Shown piece after piece: positions 14,201 to 27,500 of a stretch of 64,000 nt of DNA. The position numbers were made by a program, and so were the translations under genes. How positions within the stretch are numbered: position 1 is the stretch's first letter; every line of letters starts with the position of its first letter. Under the pieces are notes generated by a model. That model did no database searches. It saw nothing but the letters and a program-made list of their open reading frames with translations, and was not told the DNA's origin. Source of the DNA: Octopus vulgaris. Taxonomy: Eukaryota. The stretch lies in contig OX597823.1 in the NCBI GenBank assembly GCA_951406725.2, positions 4,154,001-4,218,000 on the forward strand. The letters run 5' to 3'.

Positions 14201-16362
14201 ATAATTCTTAGCTCTTAAAACAATAGAGGGTAATTTATTTAAAATCTTGTCTGTTTAGCTTATTAGTTGTTGCAATTATTTTTCAAATTATTTGCAGTTA
14301 AGTGATTGACTAATTTTGCTTCATTTACAGAATGAAAACAGTTGAAATCTTTGTGTCCCGAACTGATGAAATAAAAGAGTTCATCAAAGAAATTGAAGAC
14401 CATTTGGCTTCCTCTGGCAATATGTCTTCAGATCTTGACGCCTTATATGCCCTCCGCGAAGAACTTCAGGTTACTTCAGATTTTATTCTATCATTAAGTC
14501 ACCTACACTTCTCACCAAAATTCTAGGTTTTTGTGTATAAAAACCATTCGGTTTATTTAAGGACGAGGACAATTTATTACTCTACGAGAATTGTGTGATG
14601 AGTTAATTACTTCATAATTTGGTTTTTGTCTGGTATTTCTGCATTTATTTTTACTTTTCCTCTCATCTTTCTGCTTTTGATATTCAAGTACAGGCAACTC
14701 CCTCGTGTTACCAAAGTGTTACATTCCTGAAAATCTTGTTGCATCATGGACTTCTATAATATGAAACCTATTTTCATGTTAATTTCTATTATGAACCAAG
14801 GAAATGTGGAAATCAATAGTCAAATGAAATTTGGCAGCATTTTCAGAAATCCAATGCCACCTGTAGGGGAATGCTTGAAACTGTAATGAAACAGATGACT
14901 AATGTTGCTAGAATAATGACTAAGCTGTTAGAATAATGAATGATCTTTTAGTTTCATAATCTAACTCGTACATTACATTATGTTCCTGGTTAAACACTTC
15001 ACTCCAAATGATTTAATCCACAGAATTGTGGCATTGGGTCAATAGTTCAGTGATGGAATAAATGCTTTGACAATGTTGTCCTCAAATCTTGCTACGGATA
15101 AAACACAGAAGCATTCTCTCCAGACAGATCATCATCATCATCACCACTGCCACCATCATAATTTTTCTTTTTACATTCATTCCATGCTGTTATGGGTTAA
15201 GGTGATTCAACAGATTGAAGGACTAATGTTACTCCAGTATCTCATTTTTAGTATGGTTTCTACTGTTGGTTGTCCTTCTTAACACCAACCTTTACAGGAA
15301 GTACTGGCTGCAGTTTCCATGGCACCAGCACTACAGAGGCTGCCTTGCCACCAACAACACTAAAGACCACTGCCAAGTCTTACACTGTTGCTGCTAAAGT
15401 CGATCTACCAGTCACAGTGTGTACTGGATGCTTTTTTTTTTTTTGGTGGTGGGGTTTACCTGCCTTTATTGTGTAATGGATGAAAGGTGTTGTGTTGCCA
15501 GCTTCTCCAACCGTTGTAAACATGTAGAAACAGGTGTTAAAACGATGAGGATGAAAGCCGAGATAAAGCTCTCATGCAGCATCTCCCCATCTGGAAAATA
15601 GCAGTTGATGAAAATGTGAGCAGGGCTTACGTTAACGAATCGGTTGCTTACAGAATTGGTCTGGTGCCAACCATAAGTAATACATAGCTTTATACCCACA
15701 ACATCAATTAAGATGTATGTAACAGGTTTTCTTTTTATATAATTGCATATGCGTGTGTGTGTGTGTGTATGTGTGTGTGTGTGTAATCACTTCCCAGCCT
15801 TGTAGTTTCGGTGTTAGTTGCATGTGGTCAAGTGTCTGCTTCCGTGGCTTTGGACTGACCAAAGCCTTATTAATGTCTTGTGAGACAGAAACTATGTGGA
15901 AGCTTATCGTGTGTGTGCTAGTAATGTTCAATTAAATCTCTGTGTTGCATATACACACACACACACACTTTTAGCATCCCCTCTCCACAGTATGACACAT
16001 GGTTTAGACCAGCGCTTCTCAAACTATCTCATGTGGCATACTGGCAGCTTTTTTTCCCAATTTGCCAGGGACTGGCAATATTTCTTAGTAACATTAATTT
16101 ATGCCGGAAACAATATATATAATGAAAATAATAAAAGTTGACAATTTTTTAAATCTTATATTTACTTTGTAAACAAATAATACAATATTACATAAAGCGC
16201 AGGAGTGGCTGTGTGGTAAGTAGCTTGATTACCAACCACATGGTTCCGAGTTCAGTCCCACTGCATGGCACCTTGGGCAAGTGTCTTCTACTATAGCCTT
16301 GGGCCGACCAAAGCCTTGAGTGGATTTGGCAGATGGAAACTGAAAGAAGCCCGTTGTATATA

Positions 16363-16400
<38 letters not shown>

Positions 16401-19400
16401 GTGTCTGTGTTTGTCTCCCCCAACATCGCTTGACAACCAATGCTGGTGTGTTTACATCCCTTTAACTTAGTGGTTTGGCAAAAGAGATCGATAGAATAAG
16501 TCCTGGGGCTAATTTGCTCAACAAAAGGCGGTGCTCCAGCATGGCCACAGTCAAATGACTGAAACAAAAAGTACCGCCACTGGTCTGTGGACCACCACTT
16601 TGAGTAGCACTGATTTAGACCACAAGAATTGATTGTTAGCATTTTAACCCTTTACCATTCCAACAACTCTGTTAATTGCGATGCATTTTGATTCAAATTG
16701 TTTTGAATTAATCAGGCATTAAGTTGTAGCTTTGAGGTTTTGATGATGTGATTGTTTATTTTTAGAATCACATTGCAGGATCTGGTCTGTCTGAACGTAG
16801 AACCGGTAGAATATCTGGGCCAGAGATGGCCAGTTTAATCCTTCAACTTTCGGATTACTCTCTCTAATGAAATGCTTATTTATTCTCAGAGTTTTAAAAT
16901 ATTCATACTTTATATCGTCACCACAAGATTTTGGTTGCATGATTATTTTTATAATGATTTTGTAGAGTAAGTGTGAGAAGTCTGATCTTGCTTGTTTGAG
17001 TGTAGGACAGGCAGAAAATTTGGGCCGGATATGGCTAATTTAAATCCTAAGGGGATCAATGAAATATATAACTTTAAAGGGTTTAGCCAGACTCTCAACC
17101 AATTCTGTCCTTTCACTCTGTGGCTACGGGATGTTGCACTCAGTTATACACAAGATAAACGTCTCGTTTGTGTTTCAGGAAATCCAATCAAGAGTTCAAC
17201 AGAAACAACCTCTAATTGATAATTTGAAGAAAGATATCCAGGATGTGAGAAAATCTTTATCTCAGCAGCATGGTCCAGGCAGTTCACAACAAGCTGACAT
17301 TGAAGACCAAGAGAAGGAAATGAAAGTGCTGCAGACGCAGTGGGATGCAATGTGCATACAAATTATTGAAAGGTCAGTGGTTCAGATTGCACAATTATTT
17401 CACACATGCACATAGATATTGAAGTTTGACGCAGTCCTCTGACTTGTTCAATCTTGTCGAACCATCCAACCCATGCTTTTATGAAAGGCAGACATTAACT
17501 GCTGCTGCTGATGATGATGCAGACAATTTCTGCATACATAAATGTGCACAAATATACAACTGTATTAATTCTAAAGTTGATGCAGCAAACACCCATTCAA
17601 ACATACATTACAAATCCACAGACCTTGTGATCCACACTGCAGGGTAACCATCTAAAGCCAAAAGCCTTTCCGTCTTTGATCTGTAGTGGGTCTAAAGAAA
17701 CCTCTTCATCCAAAATTAGTTCCTGTTTACAGCTACCCACCCTGTTGAGTAGTCTTTGATGTGGCCAGCGACATCCATGTCTTGTTTGTTCCATATTTTA
17801 GAAACGGCAGCAATGGCTCCATGTTCTTCCTTTCATTCACCACATTGCATCATGTCCTGGGTGCATTTTATTGTGCCACCAGCATTAGAGAGGTTATTCA
17901 GCTGCAGGTATTGCTATGTGGTTAAGAAGTTTGCTTTCCAATGACATGGTTTTGGGTTCAATTCCTCTGTGTGGCACCTCGTGCAAGTGTCTTCTTCTTT
18001 AGTCCTAGGCCAATCAATGTCTTGTGAGTGGACCTGGTAAATAGAAACTGAAAGAAGCCTGTTTGTGTATGTTTATGCTTTCTTGTCTTGACATTGCATG
18101 ATAGTTGTAAATGAGTGTCACTGTCATACAAGCAGTGTCGTGCGTTCTGTGAGAACATCTCTGGCCATGGAGAAATATTACCTTGCTTGGAAACAGGTGA
18201 AAGGTTGGTGCAGGAAAGGCGTTCAGCCGTAGATAATTTACCTACAAATGTGTTGTTTGAGCCATGCAAAATAGTAATGAAAATATATCTATACGTATCC
18301 ACAGTTGTTCTACATCCCTTACACACCACACGTTAGTCAATTCATCCTAAAACCGGTCGCTTCCATTAAAATTGTTCATTGAATGTTTGTTTATTTGGAT
18401 TCCATTTTCTTTCTTCTCTCAGACTTCGCAGCGTTGACTCGGCACTGCAACTGTTGTCTTTGTACCACAATGGTGTGAAAGCGGAAAAACAATGGGTACA
18501 ACAAATGGTTGCCAAAACTAATGCCCAACCACCACTAACATCTAATATTGAAGAAGTGAAGAATTTGCTGGATCCAACAATGGTAAGAACCTTTCTCTCA
18601 TAGTTCTATTGTATCTCTTATATAATACTTGTTTATCCCTTCTACTTTCTTTTCCTTTCGCTCGTCTCTCTTTCCTTTGTCTCTTTGATGGTCCCTAGTT
18701 GTCTATCTTCTTCTCCCCCCGCCAACCCTTCTCTTTACTGGAATCTGGTTCCTTTTATCTCTTGTTAGCTTTTGGTTATCACTTGTGAGCTGGCAGAATC
18801 GTCACCAAGCCGGGCGAAATGCTTAGCGGTATTTTGTCTGCCACTACGTTCTGAGTTCAAATTCTACCGAGGTCGACTTTGCCTTTCATCCTTTCGGGGT
18901 CAATTAAATAAAGTACCAGTTACGCACTGGGGTCGATATAATCAACTTAATCCGTTTGTCTGTCCTTGTTTGTCCTCTCTGTGTTTAGCCCCTTGTGGGT
19001 AGCAAAGAAATAGGTTATCACTACGCCCTGGTTTCCCTACATTTGGATGTAAAACAAATAAAAAAAAGTCCCCTTGTTGGTCTCTGTTTTGTTGTCCCTT
19101 TGCTAATCTCCAGTCTTTTATTCTTTCCCATTTTTTTTCACATGCTGACTTTGGAGAAAAGGGCAGGGCCCATGACCTTTGCAAGTCTCGCCAAGGCTAG
19201 CGAGATGAAGTTGGTGCAGTTAATGCACTGTTTAAACTGTTACAGGTCAGCAGCTGCAGGGAGGAGATTCCAGAGGGATGTTGCTCTGGGGGAGTAAGGA
19301 TTTGGGTGTAGTGGTTAGTGCTGGGAAATGGAGCATGGTGGGGTTGGATACACAAAGTGTTAATGGGGGGGAGGTGAGTGGGACAGGGAGGGCCTGGGCG

Positions 19401-19838
19401 GTGGAGGTGGGAGGACAACCAGCTCTGAGGCCATTGAAGTAGTGGTAGAAAAGACAGAGAGAGGGGACACAGCACACCTGTGAGACAGAGGCTGGAGTGT
19501 GGCTGTTGATGATGGGGTTGCAATCAATTGAAGAGTTGCTCCTCCCTTGATGTGACCTAGGATGTCAGTGTCCTTTGCAGCATCCCTCTTCCAGATGTGA
19601 GATCAGTGCGCCTCATCTGTGGGCCTCATCTGAGTCTTGTGAAGTGTCAGCTGCTGTTGGGGATTTTGAAATATTTTCTGCTTCTAAAAAGAAGGATTAG
19701 TCTTTGGGATGTGGTCTTACGTATGTTGAAGACATGCTTTCACCAAGAGGGACCCTCGGTGAGAGCAAGACCCAGCATTTGGAGTGACTGCAAATATATA
19801 TATGTTCACTTGTATTTATTCACACACATACACACACA

Positions 19839-19884
<46 letters not shown>

Positions 19885-20395
19885 CTCTCTCTGTCCTATG
19901 AAGAAAGGCTGAGGACGCTCGACCTTTATTCTCTTGAAAAACGCCGCCGCCGTGGTGATCTCATTCTCGCCCACAACATCATAAGCGGGAAGTGTAACCT
20001 CTCGAAAGAGCTGTTCTTCACTCCTGCTCCGGAGCGTCGGCTGCGGGGTCATTCCGAAAAGCTCTACCTGCGACGATTTCATCTCAATCGAAGGAGAGGA
20101 GCTTTCTCCGTCCGGGTTGCGGATCCGTGGAACAAGCTGCCAGACGAGATGGTGAAGATGCCGACGACCGCTTTGTTCAAAGCCTCCCTGGACCTCAAGT
20201 GGCCTGAACTCTTTACATGAACACCACCCTGTACTTAACTCCATGTCCCCCTACATGGCCTTGCTTTTTGCTTTTGAGCCAAATTAACTAACTAACTAAC
20301 TCTCACTCACACACACACACACACACACTCTCTCTCTCACACACTCTCTCTCTCTCACACACTCTCTCTCTCTCACTCTCTCTCTCTCTCTCACT

Positions 20396-20426
<31 letters not shown>

Positions 20427-21134
20427 TGTAGAGTGCTTCTTTGTCATTATCTCTCCCCTTCCAAATCCTCTGTCGTTCCTTTTATTTTCTCCTCACTTTG
20501 ACTCTTACCACTACCACCACCCCTAGTAACATTCATTACCTCTTTCTTCATTTTTTTTTTCTTTCCTTCTCCTCTTCCTCCTTTAGTCACTGATTCCAAT
20601 TTATTTCTCCTCCCCCCCCCCTCTGCCATACACATCATTCTTCCTCATGGTATAATTTTAATTCACTGAGAGGAAAAAGACAGTCATGACATTTTGGCAA
20701 GGGCCCTTCATCAGACTGAAGTGCATTTGAAAACCAGCACCTTTCATCAGATATCTACCGCACCCATAATGATCAAAATAAAACTGTATGTGTGTGATGT
20801 GTTAATTGACAGGATTAATTGAAAACTATCTGCTCTTCAGGTAACTTGAGCTTTGGTGATCTCTTCAACATCTCAGCTCCCAGTTCTTGTATGTGTGGGT
20901 GTAGGCACTTGCAGTTACATACATAAATGCATACACACACACACGTGCATCCATGCATAAACACACATATTTATATACACACACTTACAAACACTAGCAC
21001 ACATATATAAATACATATGTATGCATACATAAACCCACATATTTGCATAATGACATTTTCTTTGCTCTTAATTTCCCTACTTAATTAAAATGGAAATATG
21101 AAGTTTACTCATCAAATTAGAACAATGTTTTATA

Positions 21135-21197
<63 letters not shown>

Positions 21198-21514
21198 ATA
21201 TATATATATGTATGTATATATGTGTATGATTTATAACTGATGAAAACTGGAAGCCAAATACCAGAGGAATAGTTAAGTAGCTACCTGTGAAGGTAGACAT
21301 TCCAAGAATATCAGTTTTCTTCAACTTATCTGTGTTATTACATATTTTTGAAAACATCTTCAATTTCAACTTCTTTGTTGCCAAAATCCTAACCGTTCTA
21401 TTTCAAGCTTTCTGCCCCTTTCTCCCTGTGTATCCATCAGTATGCCTGTCTATGTGTCTATCTATCCTACATTCTGACTTGTCTGTCTGTCTGTCTCTCA
21501 TTCATAGATGTGTA

Positions 21515-21555
<41 letters not shown>

Positions 21556-24500
21556 AATATTTCATGCTTAACTCTATATAGCACACTAAAGTAGGATTTT
21601 CATTGTGCATGTCAAAATGCTTATGGCTAACGTGTTATTTTAACAGGAACACACTGTGACAGATCCAAATTCTGTGTCATCTCATCACTAGCAGCCAGAT
21701 TGAATATGATTTGCAATTAGCCATAAGACAATTTAAAATCACCTTGAATGAAATGCCAATGGCCTCAAAGCTTACATAGATGTAAGCATTTTATGTATAT
21801 AGCTAACATCCTAGTTTAGACTGCTAAATTTATTCAACCTTTCAGTATTCAGATTACTTCTCTGCCAAATGTAATCCTTGTTTATTCTCACAGTTTTGAA
21901 TTAACCCTGCATTATCTTGTAGCTTTGAGATTTCAATGATTTAATTTATTTACTTTTAAAATGATGCAGGATTAGTGTGAGAGGCTGGATCTGACTGGTT
22001 TGGACATAGAAGAGGTAGAATATTTTGGCTGGACATGACTGGCTTAAATATTAACGGGTTAAGCATGATATATTTAAATATAACAATTCATTGGCTGAAA
22101 ACAGGACATTTTTCGTTGGCTTCATTAATTCTTTTAATAAACTCTTTAGTTTTGGAACATTTTTTTGTTCTAAGAATCATTAATTTTATATGATCAATGT
22201 TTTACTTTCATTTTTCCATGGTTGTTTGGGTTGGATTGGATTTCTTTAGCACAGCATCTTGCTATTTGTGGTTCTTCTTCATCTCCTTCATGATCCACTT
22301 GGATCACCTGGCACTTCTTTACCCAACTCTCATCCTTCATCACATATTCATATCAGTCCATTTTCTCCCTTGCATATTTACATCTGATTCCTCTTGTCAC
22401 CCAACTTCCAACATCTGTGCTCCATTATTGTAACACACTTAACATTCCACAAAGCATGCACCCACCCTTCCCCCCATCACCATTGTAGACATCCACAAGA
22501 TTATCCACCATCTTTCCAGCAACAACAACCTTGGGCCCCTTTTTGAATTCCATATGTCTAACACCCGGGGACCTGCTTTACAAAATCAAAAGACAACATG
22601 GCACCCATGACATTCGGAGACATTTTTTTGAGGCTCAGAATTGCTGAGGCATGGAATAAACTACCTGCATCAGTTGTTAGCTTTTGGGACACTGCATCCT
22701 TCAAAACTTTCATGCTTCCTGAAATTCACCAACAGTACTCTAGATGTGTTACCCTACCCCTTTTTTTTTTAAACAGCCCTTTCATTGTTCCCTTCCTGTG
22801 CATGATTCTGTGTCCTGTTCATGCACATTTGGTTGTGTTTTCCAGTCAGCTGTGGTGCACCTGAGCACTGTGTACAAATAAGTTCATTATAATATAAAAT
22901 TCCTACATTTTACTGCTTTCCAACTTTATCTTCCGTTCCCCAACCCATCCTCAGCCCCCAATCATTCCATCAATATTTAGTTACTTTCTGGGTTTTACAT
23001 CTACAGGTGTAAATATCAAACAACAACATCTACATTCTATTTTAAACATTTTTCTATTTTCAGGTTTATTCTCAGACACCAGAAGGAAATTAGATATATT
23101 AATGACTTGTTCTACCTATTTTTTTTTTATATTTATTTTGAAATTTCTTCTCATATTCTTCATTATTTCTGTTAACTGTTTCTCTCTGTGAATAGAGATG
23201 TATATCAGTTAGGATTGGTTCTACAAAGGTTCCATTTCTATGACTCTGGAAGCCAACCTACTTCAATGTCTACACGCAAGCAACATCTCACTTCAACATA
23301 TTTTACAAGTTCTTTCTATAAAAATCTTTCGTATTCATTTGAAAGAAGGACGTTCTCCTCCTCGTTAATAAAACATTGTAAAAGCTTATTAGTTTCATTG
23401 AAGGAGGAGTTATTCATCAATAACTATAATAATATTTTAGTGTGGTATTAGGATGTTGCATTAAGATTGTGGGTTCAATTCCCAGACCAGATAATGTTCT
23501 TGAGCAAAAACACTTTTCTTTTTTTCTCCAGTCTACTTGGCTGTAAATGAGTTCCAGTAATAACTGGGAAGTTAACCCTGTGACAGACCAGCGTCCCCTC
23601 CAGGGGAAATGCTCTAATCTCAGTCACTCATATGCCATGAAAACTGGGTTAAGCTCAGGCCTTATGAGCCCTGGGATCAACTTTGCCTTTTATCCTTCCA
23701 GGGTTGATAAAAGAAATACCAGTCATGTACTGGGGGTTGATGTAATAAACTTTGTCTTCCCCTCCGAAACTGTTGACTCTGTGTCCAAGTTTGAAACCAT
23801 TATTATTACTTGATTATTCTGAAATAAAGTGTGTTGGTATTACAGGCAATCTACAATGCTCTGGGAGAGCGGCGCCATCAGATAGAAGCAATGAATCGTT
23901 ACGGTGGACAATATATCCGAGAAGCTAAGGTAAGCCAATCAATTTTCAAGTTTTCATATACGGAATGTTATCGTTACAACTACTTTGTTAGCCCTGGATC
24001 AGTTTGTAGGCAATAACCAAGTTGCATGCATTTATTTGCTGGCATCGAATATTGTACAGAAAGTAATGCATGTGGCTCTCTGGATAAAATGTAAACTTCT
24101 TGTATTTTTAGAGAGTTCTAGCATGTTTGTTAAATGTTGAATCCTTCAAAAGATGAAATAAAAAAATGTTTGTTTCTATATTGCTCTGTATGTTTGTGTG
24201 TGTATTCACATTTCCATTTTAATGTCTGTAGTATTTAAAGCTGATTGCCTTGGCAAAGCAGAAAAATGATTTTTTTTTTTCTATCAAATGCTTGTTCCTT
24301 AAAGAATATGAAATTGGAGGGTTTTAACTGGGTTTCTTAAAACTCACCAACATTGCAAAAACTTCTGGAATTAATTTTTTTAATTTTTATTTTGCTTTCA
24401 ATGCAAGTGCACAAAATCATAATCCATTACTCATGTCTAACCAATCTGTCTCCCTGAAAATATTAACCATCAAAGACCTTTTTTCTTTCTTTTTTACTAT

Positions 24501-27500
24501 CTTTTTCTATTTTTTTTTTTTTTGCCAAACTAAAGTCTTCCCAATAATCATAACCATTCTCTCTCCATTGCTATTCGTTAAATAGTTTTGCTCTTCTTTT
24601 CAGTTAAGAGATCCTCTCTGCCTCTTTCTTCTAAATGACAAGCTAACTAAATGTTTATACATATTCTTTCTTCAAACCTTTACTCTTTTTAACTTTGTCT
24701 ATCTTGAGTGAACATAGTGACTGGTGCTTGCTTGTTTAAATTTCGGCTAAATCAGCAAAACCTGGTAAGAAACAATATTTCTAGTCAATCACCAGCTGTT
24801 GGATAATGACATTCAGATCCAGCTACTGGAAGCTTCATTGATGACAATTAAAAAAAAATCAGTCAGGTTCTGTGTATTTAGTCATATATCAACATTTTGA
24901 TATATATATATACATACATATATATATATATATATATGTACAAACTTCTATGTATTTTATAGTTATTTTTTTAATACCTTTCCTAACTTAGAGGATATAT
25001 CATTGATATACTAAACCATATTTGACAAAAAAAAAGCTCTTCAGTGTATAGTAAGCATATATATAGTTTAGATGGCAGCAGTTGGGATCTCATTCTTTGT
25101 ATTGGTTCCACTTTGAAGATGGTAGGTAGATGTATTGAGGGGATCTGGTTACTATGGTGATCAGTTTAAATGACTGAATTAAAATTGTGACAGCTGTGTC
25201 CAAATTCTAGCAGACTGCCATATCACCCCCACCACTGCATTTGATACGTCTTAATGTTGTATGATAATGCATCATAGTATGGTCTCCAAGAAACTCAAGT
25301 GCAACTTTGCAGAGAGACTTTACATGGAAGATATCTTGTTTGAGTACAACTGACTAGAACTGTGCAGCAACAACTGTTCCTCAGCCTTTTCTAACTTCCC
25401 TCAAGAATTTGGTTTAAGAAATGGAAAAATAATTTCTTCATTCTAAATGTAAAATTCAGGAATTTTTATCTTGTGTTGTGTCAGCTCTGAAGTCTCATTC
25501 ATCCAAACCTGAACAATACAAAGGTAATTACTGAATTGTTATGCAGAAAAGGGAGGAAGAACCAAGTTGTTCGCTTGCTTCTCTTCATTCAGAATTGTAA
25601 ATTTTGTGATCAAATTCCTTGCTGATGTTACAGAAACAATGAAGCTATGACTTCCTTGAACCTGGACACGATATGTGACCTCTGTAAATTTGTGCATCAC
25701 TTCTTTATAAACTGAATGAACTGCAAAAGGATAAAGAAAAACTACCACATTAACTTTATACTGTTAATATCAACCCTTCTAACCCGGCCCCTGGTTCCAG
25801 GATACAAACTTCCTGGTTTAAAGTGATCGAAACGAAAACCTTCCATCAAAACTTCATGTTAATTTATGTTTCAAACACCAGCTTAATAATGACAAAATTA
25901 TTTTACTAAAATTCTTAATTATTTTCAAAATAAATTGAAACAGTGTTTCAACCGGAATGTGGCAACGAAAGGAGTAAAGTTAAACTTGATTTCACTTTTC
26001 ACATTCATAATTCTGCTTCATATTGACCTTATTACCTCCCTTGTAATAGCTTCAAACCAAACACATTTCATGGATCAACGTTATTCGAAGTCATTGATCA
26101 TTTTCTTTTTCTTTCCTTCTTTCCATGAAGGCCAAGATAAAACTAGCTTCTGTCATAAACTGCACAATAAGCTCTACTCAAATAGCAAGAAGCAACGTTT
26201 TCTTGCAGTAGCAGAGTTGACTGAACTACTTCCTTGACTCACGCCTCTCTTCAGGTCGTGCTTTGAGTCCAATCCAAAACACTCTGTAGTTCTTCATTGG
26301 TTTATAATAGTGAAATTCTTCAACCACACAAGACCTGGTGCTGGTGTCAAGAACAGTTGATACAAGGAAGCAAACCCAGTATTTCTTCTAATGCGGACAT
26401 CTTTTAAATCATTACCATAACGACCTTTTAAATTGATTTTGTAAGAATGAAGATGTGGAGAAAATAGGTTTTCTTTTCTCTGAAGGGTGGCTTGTTATTC
26501 GTGTGAATATACTTTTGAGACCAAATTTATTCCCAAATTGAATCTCAGTAATTAGTTCTGTAGCTCAGATATCCTTCAGCTGGTGAAGTTGACATTTCAG
26601 CACCAAGTCTGGGTAAATGATTATGTATGTGTATGTATATACCAATATGTGTGTGAGCGTGTGTGTGTAGATATGTGTGTACGTAGTAAAACTGTTAGTA
26701 TTTGTAGTTTTTGTTGCACCTGCATGTGAACCAAGATGTCTTAAGATATTTGCATGAATCCTTCCTCAAGCATGCCTCATGAAGTATTCCAGAAACAAAA
26801 AAAAAAAAATTTTGTTTTTGTTGTTGTAAATGTGTGCATGTCTTATAGTTTTGAATTCAAATTCATTTTTGCATATTTTAGATATATATCTTAATAAAAT
26901 ATATTCTGTACATTTTGAATATTTATATTAATCAATGTCTTCTTTGAAAATCTTTGAAGAGTTCTTCAAAAACCATTGTTGTTCACTGCAGACTTTCAAT
27001 AATCTAAAATGATATTTTGTTGATCTAGATTCTTATTAATTATTAAATAGATATGGTTGAGTGCAGTGGTGGCTCAGAGATAAAATTAGTTGGGGTGCTG
27101 CTTCAGAAAATTTTTAGCTGGTTTTTTTTTTAATATTGTGTAAAAGGAAGCAAACATATAAAAAGAAAATTTATCCATAATCTTGATTGGTCCACGTTTT
27201 AGCCACTGCTGTGTAGTGTGTTAATTTGTTCACTTACACCACTGCGAATTCCCCCTTGTTTTTCAAAAACCCCTCCTAAATTACAAAATAAGTGGGGGGG
27301 GGGATGTGCCCTATTTTTCAAATCCTGGCAGCAACAGTGCAGCTGGGAGCAAGATGGTAATCTAATTCTACTTTTTATCACATTCAAGAATAGAAACACA
27401 TTTTTAAGCACAACGCATGCGGAGTCAAAGGAAGAACACTACCTTTCACCCAGCACTGTCGTTCATGCAGTGCTCTCTCTCTCCCTAGTGTGAAGCTTCC

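Noticed and set aside
19597-20220. 207-aa ORF as a host gene
   Set aside because: Chance read-through from unrelated sequence and a microsatellite into the LINE ORF2 C-terminus.
25484-25522. 39-nt candidate exon (gtcag|CTCTGA...AAAG|gtaatt)
   Set aside because: Immediate TGA in the required phase 0; no other support.
25539-25748. Minus-strand 69-aa ORF with a good acceptor at 25721 (possible nested gene exon)
   Set aside because: No recognisable protein similarity and no partner exons found; cannot be supported without expression data.
27064-27211. Possible hAT MITE (CAGTGGTGGCT...AGCCACTGCTG)
   Set aside because: Imperfect termini and no convincing 8-bp TSD; too decayed to call.
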